From positions 1,417 through 65,416 of IMG/VR virus record IMGVR_UViG_3300026035_000002: DNA of 64,000 bases. One strand, given 5' to 3'. Positions 28,913 through 38,180 of the stretch are shown piece by piece. How positions within the stretch are numbered: position 1 is the stretch's first letter; each line of letters starts with the position of its first letter. Origin of the DNA: a virus (taxonomy: Duplodnaviria > Caudoviricetes). Under the pieces are notes generated by a model. It was not told where the DNA came from, did not search any database, and saw only the letters and a list, made by a program, of their open reading frames with translations. Both the position numbers and the translations under genes were made by a program.

Positions 28913-29472
28913 TCACCCCTGAGAAATTGGCAGAGTGGGAAGCGCTGGCAGAGAAGGCAACGCCGGGACCGTGGCAAGTCGGCGATGGCGGAATGTGCCT
29001 TGAGCCAAAATCTGAGCGCATCGTATGGGTAGGCTACGCAGCTACATACACCCTTTTCTACCCATCTGAATATTGCGTTATAAGCGACGCTAAGTTCACT
29101 GCCGCTGCCCGCACCGCACTGCCAGAGGCCATCGCGGAGATCCGGCGCCTGCAAGCCGAGAACGCCCCCACAGCCGACGCCCCCGATAAGGCCGAAAACC
29201 TTACCCTTCGCCGACTATTGTGGCGTGCACATAGCGACGGGACACAGTACGGTGACGACGGCGAAATGCAGCTCGGCATGATCGACTTCAAGCGCGATCC
29301 GGTGGACAGCATCCAGGCGGCGATAAGAGATAGGGGGCTCAGAAAGCTGATGGCGACCGAATGCACCCGCACCGATTACCACGAAGGCCCCTGCAACGGA
29401 TACCCCAGAGAGAGCTGCCCCCAACTCAAAGCCGACGCCCCGATCGTCGCGCATACTCCTCATCCAAAATGA
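28909..29472 (+). CDS. Ead/Ea22-like protein
   Basis: LAEWEALAEKATPGPW...DAKFTAAARTALPEAIAEIRRL. Confidence 0.7.
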   Translation: MITPEKLAEWEALAEKATPGPWQVGDGGMCLEPKSERIVWVGYAATYTLFYPSEYCVISDAKFTAAARTALPEAIAEIRRLQAENAPTADAPDKAENLTLRRLLWRAHSDGTQYGDDGEMQLGMIDFKRDPVDSIQAAIRDRGLRKLMATECTRTDYHEGPCNGYPRESCPQLKADAPIVAHTPHPK

Positions 29473-29899
29473 ACTCAATCGAAGCAGGCGTAAACCCGAA
29501 CATCGCAGCGAGCAGATCGGCCGTTTTCCCGTGCTCCGATAGCTCGACGACACACTCCCCTTGCGTGTGCGATTCGCCCATGAACAGCGCTCTCCCGCAG
29601 ACCGTACAAAACCGGGATTCCCGCGATTCGCGGACAGTCGGCCGCTCCAGGCTGATCACATACCGCGTCAGGTCGAGATGCGGATCGTCGTATCCCAGCA
29701 GCCGGTCAGGCGTTGCCTTAACGGCGTGCGCCAGGCGGGAGAGTGTAGTGACGAGCATGTCCGTCGACTGCCCGCTCTCCATCGCGTTGACGGTGGAAGG
29801 AGCCAGTCCGCAGGCAATAGCGAGGTCCTTCTGTGACATTCCCAGGAGGACTCGATGGCGAATAATGCGCCGCGGAAGAACGTGTTTTAGCAACGGCAT
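29426..29899 (-). CDS. XRE-family HTH regulator with C-terminal Zn motif
   Basis: GGGGAG RBS; RIIRHRVLLGMSQKDLAIACGLAPSTVNAMESG...LSRLAHAV..TPDRLLG; CTVC...H...EC. Confidence 0.88.
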   Translation of the reverse strand: MPLLKHVLPRRIIRHRVLLGMSQKDLAIACGLAPSTVNAMESGQSTDMLVTTLSRLAHAVKATPDRLLGYDDPHLDLTRYVISLERPTVRESRESRFCTVCGRALFMGESHTQGECVVELSEHGKTADLLAAMFGFTPASIEFILDEEYARRSGRRL

Positions 29900-30018
29900 G
29901 CTCCCCAAGAGCCCGCATTTTCCGCACCGAACCGAATTCGGTGGGCCGTACTCAAATTCGTTGAAACCGATTAAATCCTTGTGTTTGTGCGGGTCTACAC
30001 ACCACAATCGTAGCTAAT

Positions 30019-30537
30019 ATGGGTACACTTCTGCACGCCACAACGGGTCTTTCGCGCATCCCAGCCACTGAAAAGAGCAACAAATTGGTGGAAATCTACT
30101 CCGATATTGTGCCAAGTATCGCGTCAAGCGTGGCGCGGAGGCTTCCACCATCGTTTGACAGGGATGATTTAGAGCAAATCGGCAGGCTGGCATTACTCGA
30201 AGCTGCACCCGCCGTCGAGAGCTACCTCCGGACCCGTGTTCACGGCGCCATCGTGGACACCGCACGCGGAGCACGGTATCGAGACGCCACACACCTCGAT
30301 CTGACGGCCGCCATCGCCACATCCGACGATGCCCGATCGCCGCTCACCGCCCTCATCGAAGAGGAAGAGCGGCTGACTGTACTTGATTCAGTACAGCGGC
30401 TCCCCGCTGACCAGGCCCGGGTGATCACCGCTAACTTCGGCGATGGGCGCCGGCGCGGAAGGCCGCGAAAGGCTGACGTTGCAACAGAACGCGCCGCGAT
30501 CGCGGGGCTTCGCAACGTGCTGGCGAAGGCCGCGTAA
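30019..30537 (+). CDS. Reduced sigma70-family (FliA/WhiG-like) factor
   Basis: IASSVARRLPPSFDRDDLEQIGRLALLEAA...YLRTRVHGAIVD (region 2); region 4 lacks the HTH helices. Confidence 0.75.
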   Translation: MGTLLHATTGLSRIPATEKSNKLVEIYSDIVPSIASSVARRLPPSFDRDDLEQIGRLALLEAAPAVESYLRTRVHGAIVDTARGARYRDATHLDLTAAIATSDDARSPLTALIEEEERLTVLDSVQRLPADQARVITANFGDGRRRGRPRKADVATERAAIAGLRNVLAKAA

Positions 30538-31115
30538 TGCCTATGGGACTACGAGTTGACCATTTCCACCATTTCGATCCAGTGAAGATCGACGTTGTCC
30601 ACCACCCCGATGCAGCTGAGGACCCGCGGCTGGATCAAATACTAACCCAGTTGCACGACAATTCAACCGTCTTGCAGCAAATCAAAGGAGACCTCAGCAC
30701 CATCATGGCGAATGACCAAATCCTCATCGACACTCTGAAAAAGATCGATGACACAACCACGAAGCTTGGAACCAATGTCCAGGCGATCGCAACAACCACG
30801 AGCAACATCTCCACCGCTCAAGCCAAAATCTCGGCCGACGTGACTACAATCGGGACCGAAGTCGACACCCTGGTGGCCGCAATGAAGAACGCCGGTGTCA
30901 GTCAGGCGATTGTGGATCAAGCGATAGCGGTTAGCGGCAAGCTTGACGCCGTGGCCAGCAATTCGGATACTGTCGCGGCGGCTTCCAGTCTGATAGCGGA
31001 CGCCTCACAGGCACTCGTCCCTGTGCTCGAAGGAATCGCAGCGAAGGGCGCCACTGATGTGGTTCCCGTCGAGCCGCCTCCTCCGCCCCCTCCGCCGCCT
31101 CTACCCACTGCGTAA
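30537..31115 (+). CDS. Coiled-coil protein with poly-Pro tail
   Basis: Heptad-like stretch; PPPPPPPPP C-terminus. Confidence 0.7.
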   Translation: MPMGLRVDHFHHFDPVKIDVVHHPDAAEDPRLDQILTQLHDNSTVLQQIKGDLSTIMANDQILIDTLKKIDDTTTKLGTNVQAIATTTSNISTAQAKISADVTTIGTEVDTLVAAMKNAGVSQAIVDQAIAVSGKLDAVASNSDTVAAASSLIADASQALVPVLEGIAAKGATDVVPVEPPPPPPPPPLPTA

Positions 31116-31131
31116 GTGCGGTTTCACTTCC

Positions 31132-31737
31132 ATGAACCGGCAATTTAAAAAGGGCGCTCTGCTACGGTGGGGCGCCCTTGCCCTTTTAATGTCGATCGCC
31201 ATTGCGCAGACGCCTACCACCCGAAAGCCCTATATCTACTGGTGGGCTCCCGGCGATGCGCTATATGACTGGAAGCCGCTCATAGTCGAACCGCCCCTCA
31301 AAGTGACAGTGGACGCAGCAGGCCAGTTTCACCTCTCCATTCCGGCGTCCGCCACCCAGGGAGGCTTCGCCGGGGCCGTTACAAAGACTTCCAGCTACGC
31401 CGTGACGGCCGCTGACTGCGGCAAGTGGCTAGTGTTCGACGGCGACAAGCTAACCGCTACCCTGCCTCCCACACCACCACCGAGCACGTGCGACTGGACA
31501 TTCCTCAACGTCAGCTCCAACGCAACCCCGCTCACCATCACCGGCGCCGGCAACCCGATCAATCACGCCGGCAATATTGTTCTGCAGCTCGGACAATCCG
31601 CAAAGATTGGAACCGACGGCATCACGAACTATTGGGCGCTCTCTGTGCCAGTTGATTGCGGATGGGGAATGATGTGCAAGTTTTACGGAAACCACTCTAC
31701 CGTGGAAATTGGACCGGTGATGACGCCCGCCAATTGA
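31132..31737 (+). CDS. Signal-peptide protein with tail-fibre-type domain
   Basis: MNRQFKKGALLRWGALALLMSIAIA; TKTSSYAVTAADCGK...TATLP...DGITNYW; two Cys pairs. Confidence 0.7.
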   Translation: MNRQFKKGALLRWGALALLMSIAIAQTPTTRKPYIYWWAPGDALYDWKPLIVEPPLKVTVDAAGQFHLSIPASATQGGFAGAVTKTSSYAVTAADCGKWLVFDGDKLTATLPPTPPPSTCDWTFLNVSSNATPLTITGAGNPINHAGNIVLQLGQSAKIGTDGITNYWALSVPVDCGWGMMCKFYGNHSTVEIGPVMTPAN

Positions 31738-31743
31738 ATTTCT

Positions 31744-33543
31744 ATGCCGAGAGTGCGGCCCGAGAACCGGAAGCGACCGTATAAACCCCGCAAACCCCGC
31801 CCGGATTGGCAGAAGCCCCATAACTGCTGCGCTTCAGATGTCGACATACATCCACAATTGGCGCGCTACACCCGCGAATGGCTAGAAATGAAGAGTATCT
31901 CGAGGATGATGTACGGCCCCGGCCCTCTCCGCATTCCTGATGTGTGGTTTGAACTTGCCGAAACCGCTACCAGGGTAGGCTATGTGCCTCAACGACTTGG
32001 GTGCGCTCCCAAAAACAGACACAGAAAGAGGTTGGACGCGGAAAAAGCACGGCAAGATCTTGCTTGGAGGCTTGCGGCTCCGGTAGGCGATATCGATTTC
32101 CCGCAAAAACAAATAAATCCCCGGCTGAACACGATTAGTATGGTGTGACCGAAGATCGCGCTCCCTCAACCTCCTCCGAAACCTCCGAAACCCCGTTTCA
32201 GTCCACCCGCGAACCCGCCTCTCGGCCCGCCAGTAAACCCAAGCCCCCCCTGATCACCCAGGAGGAATACGAGGCAAAACGCGCCGCTCGTAACATCCAG
32301 AGCGTCATCGACAAAGAGCAAGCCCGCCTCACGCCACGCGCCCGCCGCGCCATGCTGCTGGCGCTCCACAAGGCTACAGGAGCCGATGTGGAAGCAATGC
32401 GCCAGTCGGAGTTGGAAGCGGCACAGATCAAAGCGCAAGCCACACTGAGGCTTGCCCGAGAGATGGAGAAGGTCTTCCCCAAACATCCGCCCGGCGTCCT
32501 CTCCTCACACGCCACGGTCAACGCGGAGACTCCTTCCGAGTAGCCTATGGCCGACAAAGTGACCCCCATCAAATCGAAGATCCCGGCACCCGCCGAACGC
32601 CGCAAGTTAGTGGACGAGTACGCCATGCTCCACCACCAGCTGGGCCCTATGCGGAAACGCCACGACGATTTACGAGAGCAAATCGACTCCTGGAACCCGG
32701 CGCTCGAAAAATCAGCCGACGCCACTGTTCGCGAGGAAGGCGACAAGTACGTCGTCGACATCGGCGAATGCACGAACGAGACGAAAGTCACCGGCATCGA
32801 CAAGCTTTTCAAGCTGCTGACGCTGAAACCGTTTCTTCGCTTCGTCGAAGCCTGCAGGCCGACACAGAAAGCGCTCGACTCATCGCTACCGGATAAGTCT
32901 CAGCGTGGACTGTTCCTGGTTACCACTCAGACTGGCAGCCGCCGCGTCAGCATCACCAAGAAATTCAGCGAGGCAGCGTGAGAGGCATTCCCTTCGCGGC
33001 GGTCTTCGTAGCGATGGTTGTCGTCGCAATCGTTGCACTCATCTGCCAACTGGACAGTCTTCCAGCGAGCGCAAACCAGATACTTGCTGCGGACGGCATG
33101 ACCAACATAAAACTGACCGGATGGCAGTGGTTCGCATGCGGCGCAGACGATTCCGTAAATACCGGATTTGAAGGTCTGAAGAACGGCCACTATGTGAAGG
33201 GCGTCGTCTGCGGAGCCTGGAACAAAGGCTACACCGTGAGGTATCTGCCCTGACTCGCGCCTCCATCGAAGTCATCACCGAACTCACTCCCAACGGCGCA
33301 CCGATCCTCCGCGCTTGCTGCGGGCAGAACTGCGGCAACTTCGTCGAAATGGGCACATCCCCCGGCGAAGAACTAGGCTCGGCGGTTCTTGTGTTCCTCG
33401 AAAAGACACGGCTCGAAGGCTGGGCTATCGGACTGATGGGCAACTTCTGCCCGGCTCATGTACGCCAGCTCCGCGAGCAGCAATCCCGGCTTGTCCTGCC
33501 AGACGGGGGAACGATCCTCACACCTGGAGGCATGACCCAGTGA
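31744..33543 (+). other. ORFs 31744-32148, 32145-32543, 32547-32981, 32978-33253 (exported phage protein, GWQWFACG.DD..NTGF...GVVC), 33250-33543 (probable CTG start)
   Basis: Coupled co-oriented ORFs. Confidence 0.6.
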
Positions 33544-33588
33544 AAAATAAATCTGGCGAAGGGGGGTAATAAAATCGGACCTCGCCGC

Positions 33589-33710
33589 TATACTCATTCA
33601 GACTCGCGTCCTTCTGCGACGCATTTTTGACCCATTACGCGGGCGCGTCTCTCCCCGGGACGCGCTTGCGGCATCAGCCGCCTGGTGCTTGCTCGCCGTG
33701 AAGGGGCGAG
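33589..33710 (+). ncRNA. Candidate structured leader/sRNA
   Basis: TATACT -10 at 33589, then four adjacent hairpins in a 230-bp intergenic gap. Confidence 0.3.
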
Positions 33711-33776
33711 GGTAAAACAATCCTAAAACCGGTCACCGAATTCAAGTAGTACACGTGTGCCTTTTTTCCCTTTTGA

Positions 33777-34268
33777 ATGCCAGTCGTTATCCCAGTACGC
33801 GACTCACGTGATCGATTCGCCATCGTCAGCGCATCGGGCGACGTACTCTTTTGGGCTGAATACGAAAAGGCACAGCAGCTCATCAAGGACGGCAAAGTAG
33901 TCGCCATCCGGAGCAAAGGCGGGAAGGGCCGCATCCGCTGCCTCGCCGTAGCCGAAGAGCATGCACCCGGGCTTCAAAAGCCCACGGCTCTACGCCAGCA
34001 CGGCACCATGGGCGACTCGCACACTCAAATCCGAGAGTGCACTTGCAAGGAATGCCGTGAAAACGGCTCACCCGTCGCCAGACACTTAAACCGCTCGACG
34101 AACCCACCGGGAGTATGGACCATTGACACACTGCCTCGCTGGGGACGAAACGATTGGAAGACGCGGGCGCTGTTCCGCCGCCCTCTCCTCGAAGCCATGT
34201 ACGGCAAGGCGAAGGTTGACGCTTGTTTGAGCCCGGCGCCTACACAGTCCCATTCGAAGGCCGCGTAG
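33777..34268 (+). CDS. Hypothetical protein
   Basis: 163-aa ORF after intergenic gap. Confidence 0.65.
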   Translation: MPVVIPVRDSRDRFAIVSASGDVLFWAEYEKAQQLIKDGKVVAIRSKGGKGRIRCLAVAEEHAPGLQKPTALRQHGTMGDSHTQIRECTCKECRENGSPVARHLNRSTNPPGVWTIDTLPRWGRNDWKTRALFRRPLLEAMYGKAKVDACLSPAPTQSHSKAA

Positions 34269-34540
34269 AGCATTCGACACCCGATCCCGGGCCCGGAGTC
34301 TTAGAACAGCTCACTGAACGCCAGGCCGCCAGCATACTTGCCGCCTTTTCCGGTGTCCTGACACCCCGGCAAGTCGAAGTGATCGTGCTTCGGTATTCCG
34401 ACGAGCTGACCTTCGAGCAGATAGCCGAACGCCTCAGCATCTCACCACCCTCGGTACACCGGTTACACTCTCGGGCGCTCAACGCGCTGAAAGAGCGGCT
34501 CGCGGAAATGCGCGTACACAGCGTGCACGATCTGATCTGA
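34223..34540 (+). CDS. Stand-alone sigma70 region-4 HTH protein
   Basis: LTPRQVEVIVLRYSDELTFEQIAERLSISPPSVHRLHSRAL..LK; start uncertain. Confidence 0.8.
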   Translation: MFEPGAYTVPFEGRVEHSTPDPGPGVLEQLTERQAASILAAFSGVLTPRQVEVIVLRYSDELTFEQIAERLSISPPSVHRLHSRALNALKERLAEMRVHSVHDLI

Positions 34541-34549
34541 CGACGAAAT

Positions 34550-35316
34550 ATGGCTGGCGAATCAAAGTTTGCGCACATGGACCGCGGACAGCTCCAGATC
34601 CTTCTGAGCGAGTACCGCGCCGGCAACGAACGCGGGCAGTACACCTGGAAGATCGAAGAAATCGAAAACGAACTGCACCGCCGCGCCATCGACACTACCA
34701 TCGCGATCGATGACAAATTCCGCCTGGTCGTCCGGACTCCGGAGAACCGGGTCGGGCAAGTCTTCGCAATCCAGTGGGAAGTCGGGAAATGCGGTGCAGA
34801 TTGATTAAAGGAACCCTATGCCAGACGGATGGATTGAAGATTCGTCTGAAGACGTGGTCGCGATCGCCGCACCCCAACGCTTACTCCGCCCTTCAGCACA
34901 CCACAAGGTAACTCGCCATGATTTCAGCCGCACGACACTATCCGGACCACGCAACGCAACTCGCCAACCACGAAGCGCGGATTGAAGGGGTTGAAAAACA
35001 GCAGGACGGTCTCGAAAAGAAGTTCAACGACCTGACGAACCTGATCATCTGCACGCTACTCTCGTCGGTCGGAGCGCTTCTGGGTACTGTTGTTCTGCTT
35101 TTGAAGAAATAGAGCGAGGCGCACATGCCCATAGACCCTCTTCGCCAGGAATACATCGAGAGACTGGCGGACAGACTCGCCATCGACGGTCCTGAAGGAA
35201 ATCTCTGGGACAGCGCAAGCTCCGAAGCGCAAAAAGAGGCGAGGAAGCTTCTCAAACGGGCGAACATTCTGGTTCCCGGAGAAGCGGAATCCCGCTCTCG
35301 CCGCGCAGCCGCATAA
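34550..35316 (+). other. Small ORFs 34550-34804, 34918-35112 (coiled coil plus C-terminal TM, XhlA/holin-like), 35125-35316
   Basis: Co-oriented ORFs. Confidence 0.55.
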
Positions 35317-35322
35317 GCCGCG

Positions 35323-35431
35323 TGAGTTAGACAGTTCGTGAATTCGAATCGCATTTTCCGCGCCTGTAAGTCTTTTAGATTCGACTCGCGATTTGCGCCA
35401 GTTGAACAGAGTCCGAATACGGTCTAACTCA
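35323..35431. repeat. 10-bp inverted repeats flanking 89 bp directly upstream of FimB-like recombinase
   Basis: TGAGTTAGAC (35323-35332) / GTCTAACTCA (35422-35431). Confidence 0.7.
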
Positions 35432-35433
35432 AA

Positions 35434-36039
35434 GTGCCACGTTCCAAGCAGTGCGAAGACGCTCGTAAATACCTTACAGAGCAAGAGTTAAAGCAGTTCC
35501 TGGCGGTGATCAAATCCGTCCGGGACCGCGCAATCTTCACGCTTTGCTACTGGCGCGGGCTTCGAGCCGCGGAACTCGGCCGCATTCCCTGGTCGGACTG
35601 GGACCAGAAAAAGCGCAAGATCTACATCTCGCGACTGAAGCGTTCTCTCGCCGGCGAGTTCCCACTCTCCCCGGGGGAGACGAAGGCGCTCCAGGCATGG
35701 AAGGAAGTCCGCGGCGATCAGCCCGGCCCCATGTTCCCCTCGAGAGAGACTCGCAGTTTCGAGCGTACGGAGAAGGGTAAGCAGGCGCCTGGCATCTCCC
35801 GCGGCATGGTCTGGGTGTTGTTTCAGAAATATGCCGAGCAAGCGCGGCTGCCCGAAGATCTCCGGCATCCTCACTGCCTGAAGCATTCTATCGGCACGCA
35901 TCTGATCGCGAAGGGCGCCGGGCTATACGACGTCAAGGATTGGCTCGGTCACCGCGATATCAAGAGCACCATGGTCTACGCGCAAATGCGCAATGCCGAA
36001 CGCGATTCCGCGGCGCGCAAGATCTACGAGCAGGGCTAA
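35434..36039 (+). CDS. FimB/FimE-like catalytic-domain-only tyrosine recombinase
   Basis: KYLTEQE..QFL, RDRAIF...RGLRAAE, HPHCLKHS, WLGHRDIKSTMVY. Confidence 0.88.
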   Translation: MPRSKQCEDARKYLTEQELKQFLAVIKSVRDRAIFTLCYWRGLRAAELGRIPWSDWDQKKRKIYISRLKRSLAGEFPLSPGETKALQAWKEVRGDQPGPMFPSRETRSFERTEKGKQAPGISRGMVWVLFQKYAEQARLPEDLRHPHCLKHSIGTHLIAKGAGLYDVKDWLGHRDIKSTMVYAQMRNAERDSAARKIYEQG

Positions 36040-36095
36040 GATCTCCGTCGCAGCAAAAGGTTGTAAGGGCAGGTTGTAGGGTTGTAACCCCATTC

Positions 36096-37415
36096 ATGGC
36101 AGCGAAGTCATCATCCAAACCGAAGGTAGTCGAGCAGGCGTACGAAATCGTCTCGGTTGACGCCGTCCGCCCGCATCCGCGGAACGTGAACGAAGGCAAC
36201 ATCGACGCCATCGCGGCATCCATGCGCGCGAACGGCTTCTATGGTGCGCTCCGGGTTCAGCGGTCGTCCGGGCATATCTGCGCCGGCAATCACAGCTGGC
36301 GGGCGGCGAAGGAGATCGGGCTGAAGCAGGTCCCGGTCATCTACCTGGACATCACCGACGATCAGGCGCTGCGCATCATGCTGGCAGACAACCAGACGGC
36401 ACGCGAGGCGCACAACCGCGAGCAGGAGCTGGCTGACCTCTTAGGAGAGATTCAGCTTACCTCGGACGGGTTGCTAGGCACCGGGTTCGACGACGGTGCG
36501 CTCGATGACCTGCTGAAGAGACTGGGCGACAGTGCGCTCGCCGGGGCGGAAGCCGCTGGTGGCGATCCCGTCGAAGAGGAAGAAGAACCGCAGGTCGACC
36601 GCGCCGAAGAGCTGCTGGCGAAATGGAAGGTTCAACCCGGGCAGATCTGGCAGATTGGCAAGCACCGGCTGATGTGCGGTGATTCCACCGACGCGGCTGC
36701 CGTGGCGCGGCTTACGCAGGGCGAGAAGGCCGACATGGTGTTCACCGATCCACCCTTCAACGTTGCAGTTGTCGGTGGCACTCACGACCCGCGTGACGCC
36801 AAAAACTTCGGGGTTGGCCCAAAAATACAGAATGACTCAATGCCCGATGCGGACTTCAGGAAATTCCTGATAGTCGTGTTTGTTGCGATGCGAGAAGTGC
36901 TGAAAGACGGCGCTGCTGTATATGTCGCGCATTCTGATAAACAGAGCATCAACTTTCAATCCGCCTTTCTGGAATCTGGGCTTTTGCTGAAGCAGTGCCT
37001 GATATGGGCCAAGCAACATTTTGTGTTCGGCCGCAGTGACTATCATTACCAGCACGAAGCTATCTTGTACGGGTGGAAACCAGGCGCTGCGCATAACTTC
37101 TACGGCGAACACAACCAGGGAACGGTCTGGAATATTGACCGTCCGATGCGGTCTGACAAAGAGCATCCTACGCAGAAACCCGTCGCTCTTGTGGTGAAGG
37201 CGATTCTGAACAGCAGTAAATCCGGCGAGCTATTGTTTGAGCCTTTCGGGGGATCTGGAACCACTATGGTCGCGTGCGAGCAAACAAAGCGCATTTGCCG
37301 AAGTATGGAACTGGAGCCGAAATACTGCGCCGTAATCCTGGAGCGAATGGAGAAGCTCGGGCTCACTCCCGAATTGGCGAGCGATCCCGACGTCCCAATG
37401 GACAATGCTGCCTGA
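36096..37415 (+). CDS. ParB-like N-domain plus N6A/N4C DNA methyltransferase
   Basis: PHPRN...IAASM..NGF....AGNH..RAA; HRLMCGDST, FTDPPFN, HPTQKPV.L, EPFGGSGTT. Confidence 0.92.
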   Translation: MAAKSSSKPKVVEQAYEIVSVDAVRPHPRNVNEGNIDAIAASMRANGFYGALRVQRSSGHICAGNHSWRAAKEIGLKQVPVIYLDITDDQALRIMLADNQTAREAHNREQELADLLGEIQLTSDGLLGTGFDDGALDDLLKRLGDSALAGAEAAGGDPVEEEEEPQVDRAEELLAKWKVQPGQIWQIGKHRLMCGDSTDAAAVARLTQGEKADMVFTDPPFNVAVVGGTHDPRDAKNFGVGPKIQNDSMPDADFRKFLIVVFVAMREVLKDGAAVYVAHSDKQSINFQSAFLESGLLLKQCLIWAKQHFVFGRSDYHYQHEAILYGWKPGAAHNFYGEHNQGTVWNIDRPMRSDKEHPTQKPVALVVKAILNSSKSGELLFEPFGGSGTTMVACEQTKRICRSMELEPKYCAVILERMEKLGLTPELASDPDVPMDNAA

Positions 37416-37418
37416 TGA

Positions 37419-38180
37419 ATGACCGGCTCTCTCAACAGCTACGCCAAGCACCGCAAGGCTGCAAACCTCGCGGGTGGCAGCCTGCAGGCCGTCCAGAAGG
37501 CGATAGCCTCCGGCCGTATCTCAGTGAAGCGCGAAGGCGAGAGCTACCTCGTGGACTTCGAAGCTGCAGACGCCGAGTGGGCAGCGAATACGCACCCGAC
37601 GCAGGGGCGCGAAGAGAAACAGCCTCCCAAGCCCGAATCGCAGAAGTCTGACGCTAAGCCGGAACCCAAAGCGGATCCGGCCGCGCCGGCAGCAGGTTTT
37701 AACAAAGCTCGTACGGCGAAGATGGCCTACCAGGCCGCGGCCGAGGAGCTGAAGTACAAGCAGCGCCTGGCAAACGCGGCACGCTCGGAAGAGCAGCTGC
37801 GCGACTCGACGGAACGAGTCGAAGAGCAGGAAGAGTTTGACCTGGTGGCGATTCTCCAGGGGCATTTGCGCCGGCTGAAAGTAATCAGCGTGCTGGCTGA
37901 AATGGAAGGCGACTATTCGACCGCCGTCAAAGCCATCGCCGAATCGACACAGACCGCACTCAATACATGGGATCTTCTCGCGCCGAAGCGCTCCGAAGCC
38001 GAGGGGCAAGAGGGCAAGCCGTCCGGCGGATCGTCGAGCAGGGATATCGAGATTCCCAAGCCGGATTCACCGGATTCAAGCAGTACAAGCCTCTCCCCAG
38101 CCAGTACCGATTCCACCTTTCCCGTGCCCGCTTCAAAGGGTTCAGTGGGCCCATCGGCTCCGGGAAGTCGCTCGCATTAA
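37419..38180 (+). CDS. Putative terminase small subunit
   Basis: N-terminal YAKHR...SLQAVQKAI.SGRI HTH-like; position before terL. Confidence 0.6.
   Translation: MTGSLNSYAKHRKAANLAGGSLQAVQKAIASGRISVKREGESYLVDFEAADAEWAANTHPTQGREEKQPPKPESQKSDAKPEPKADPAAPAAGFNKARTAKMAYQAAAEELKYKQRLANAARSEEQLRDSTERVEEQEEFDLVAILQGHLRRLKVISVLAEMEGDYSTAVKAIAESTQTALNTWDLLAPKRSEAEGQEGKPSGGSSSRDIEIPKPDSPDSSSTSLSPASTDSTFPVPASKGSVGPSAPGSRSH

Noticed and set aside
33567-33592. Sigma28-type promoter TAAA...GCCGCTAT
   Set aside because: Spacer 10 nt instead of about 15
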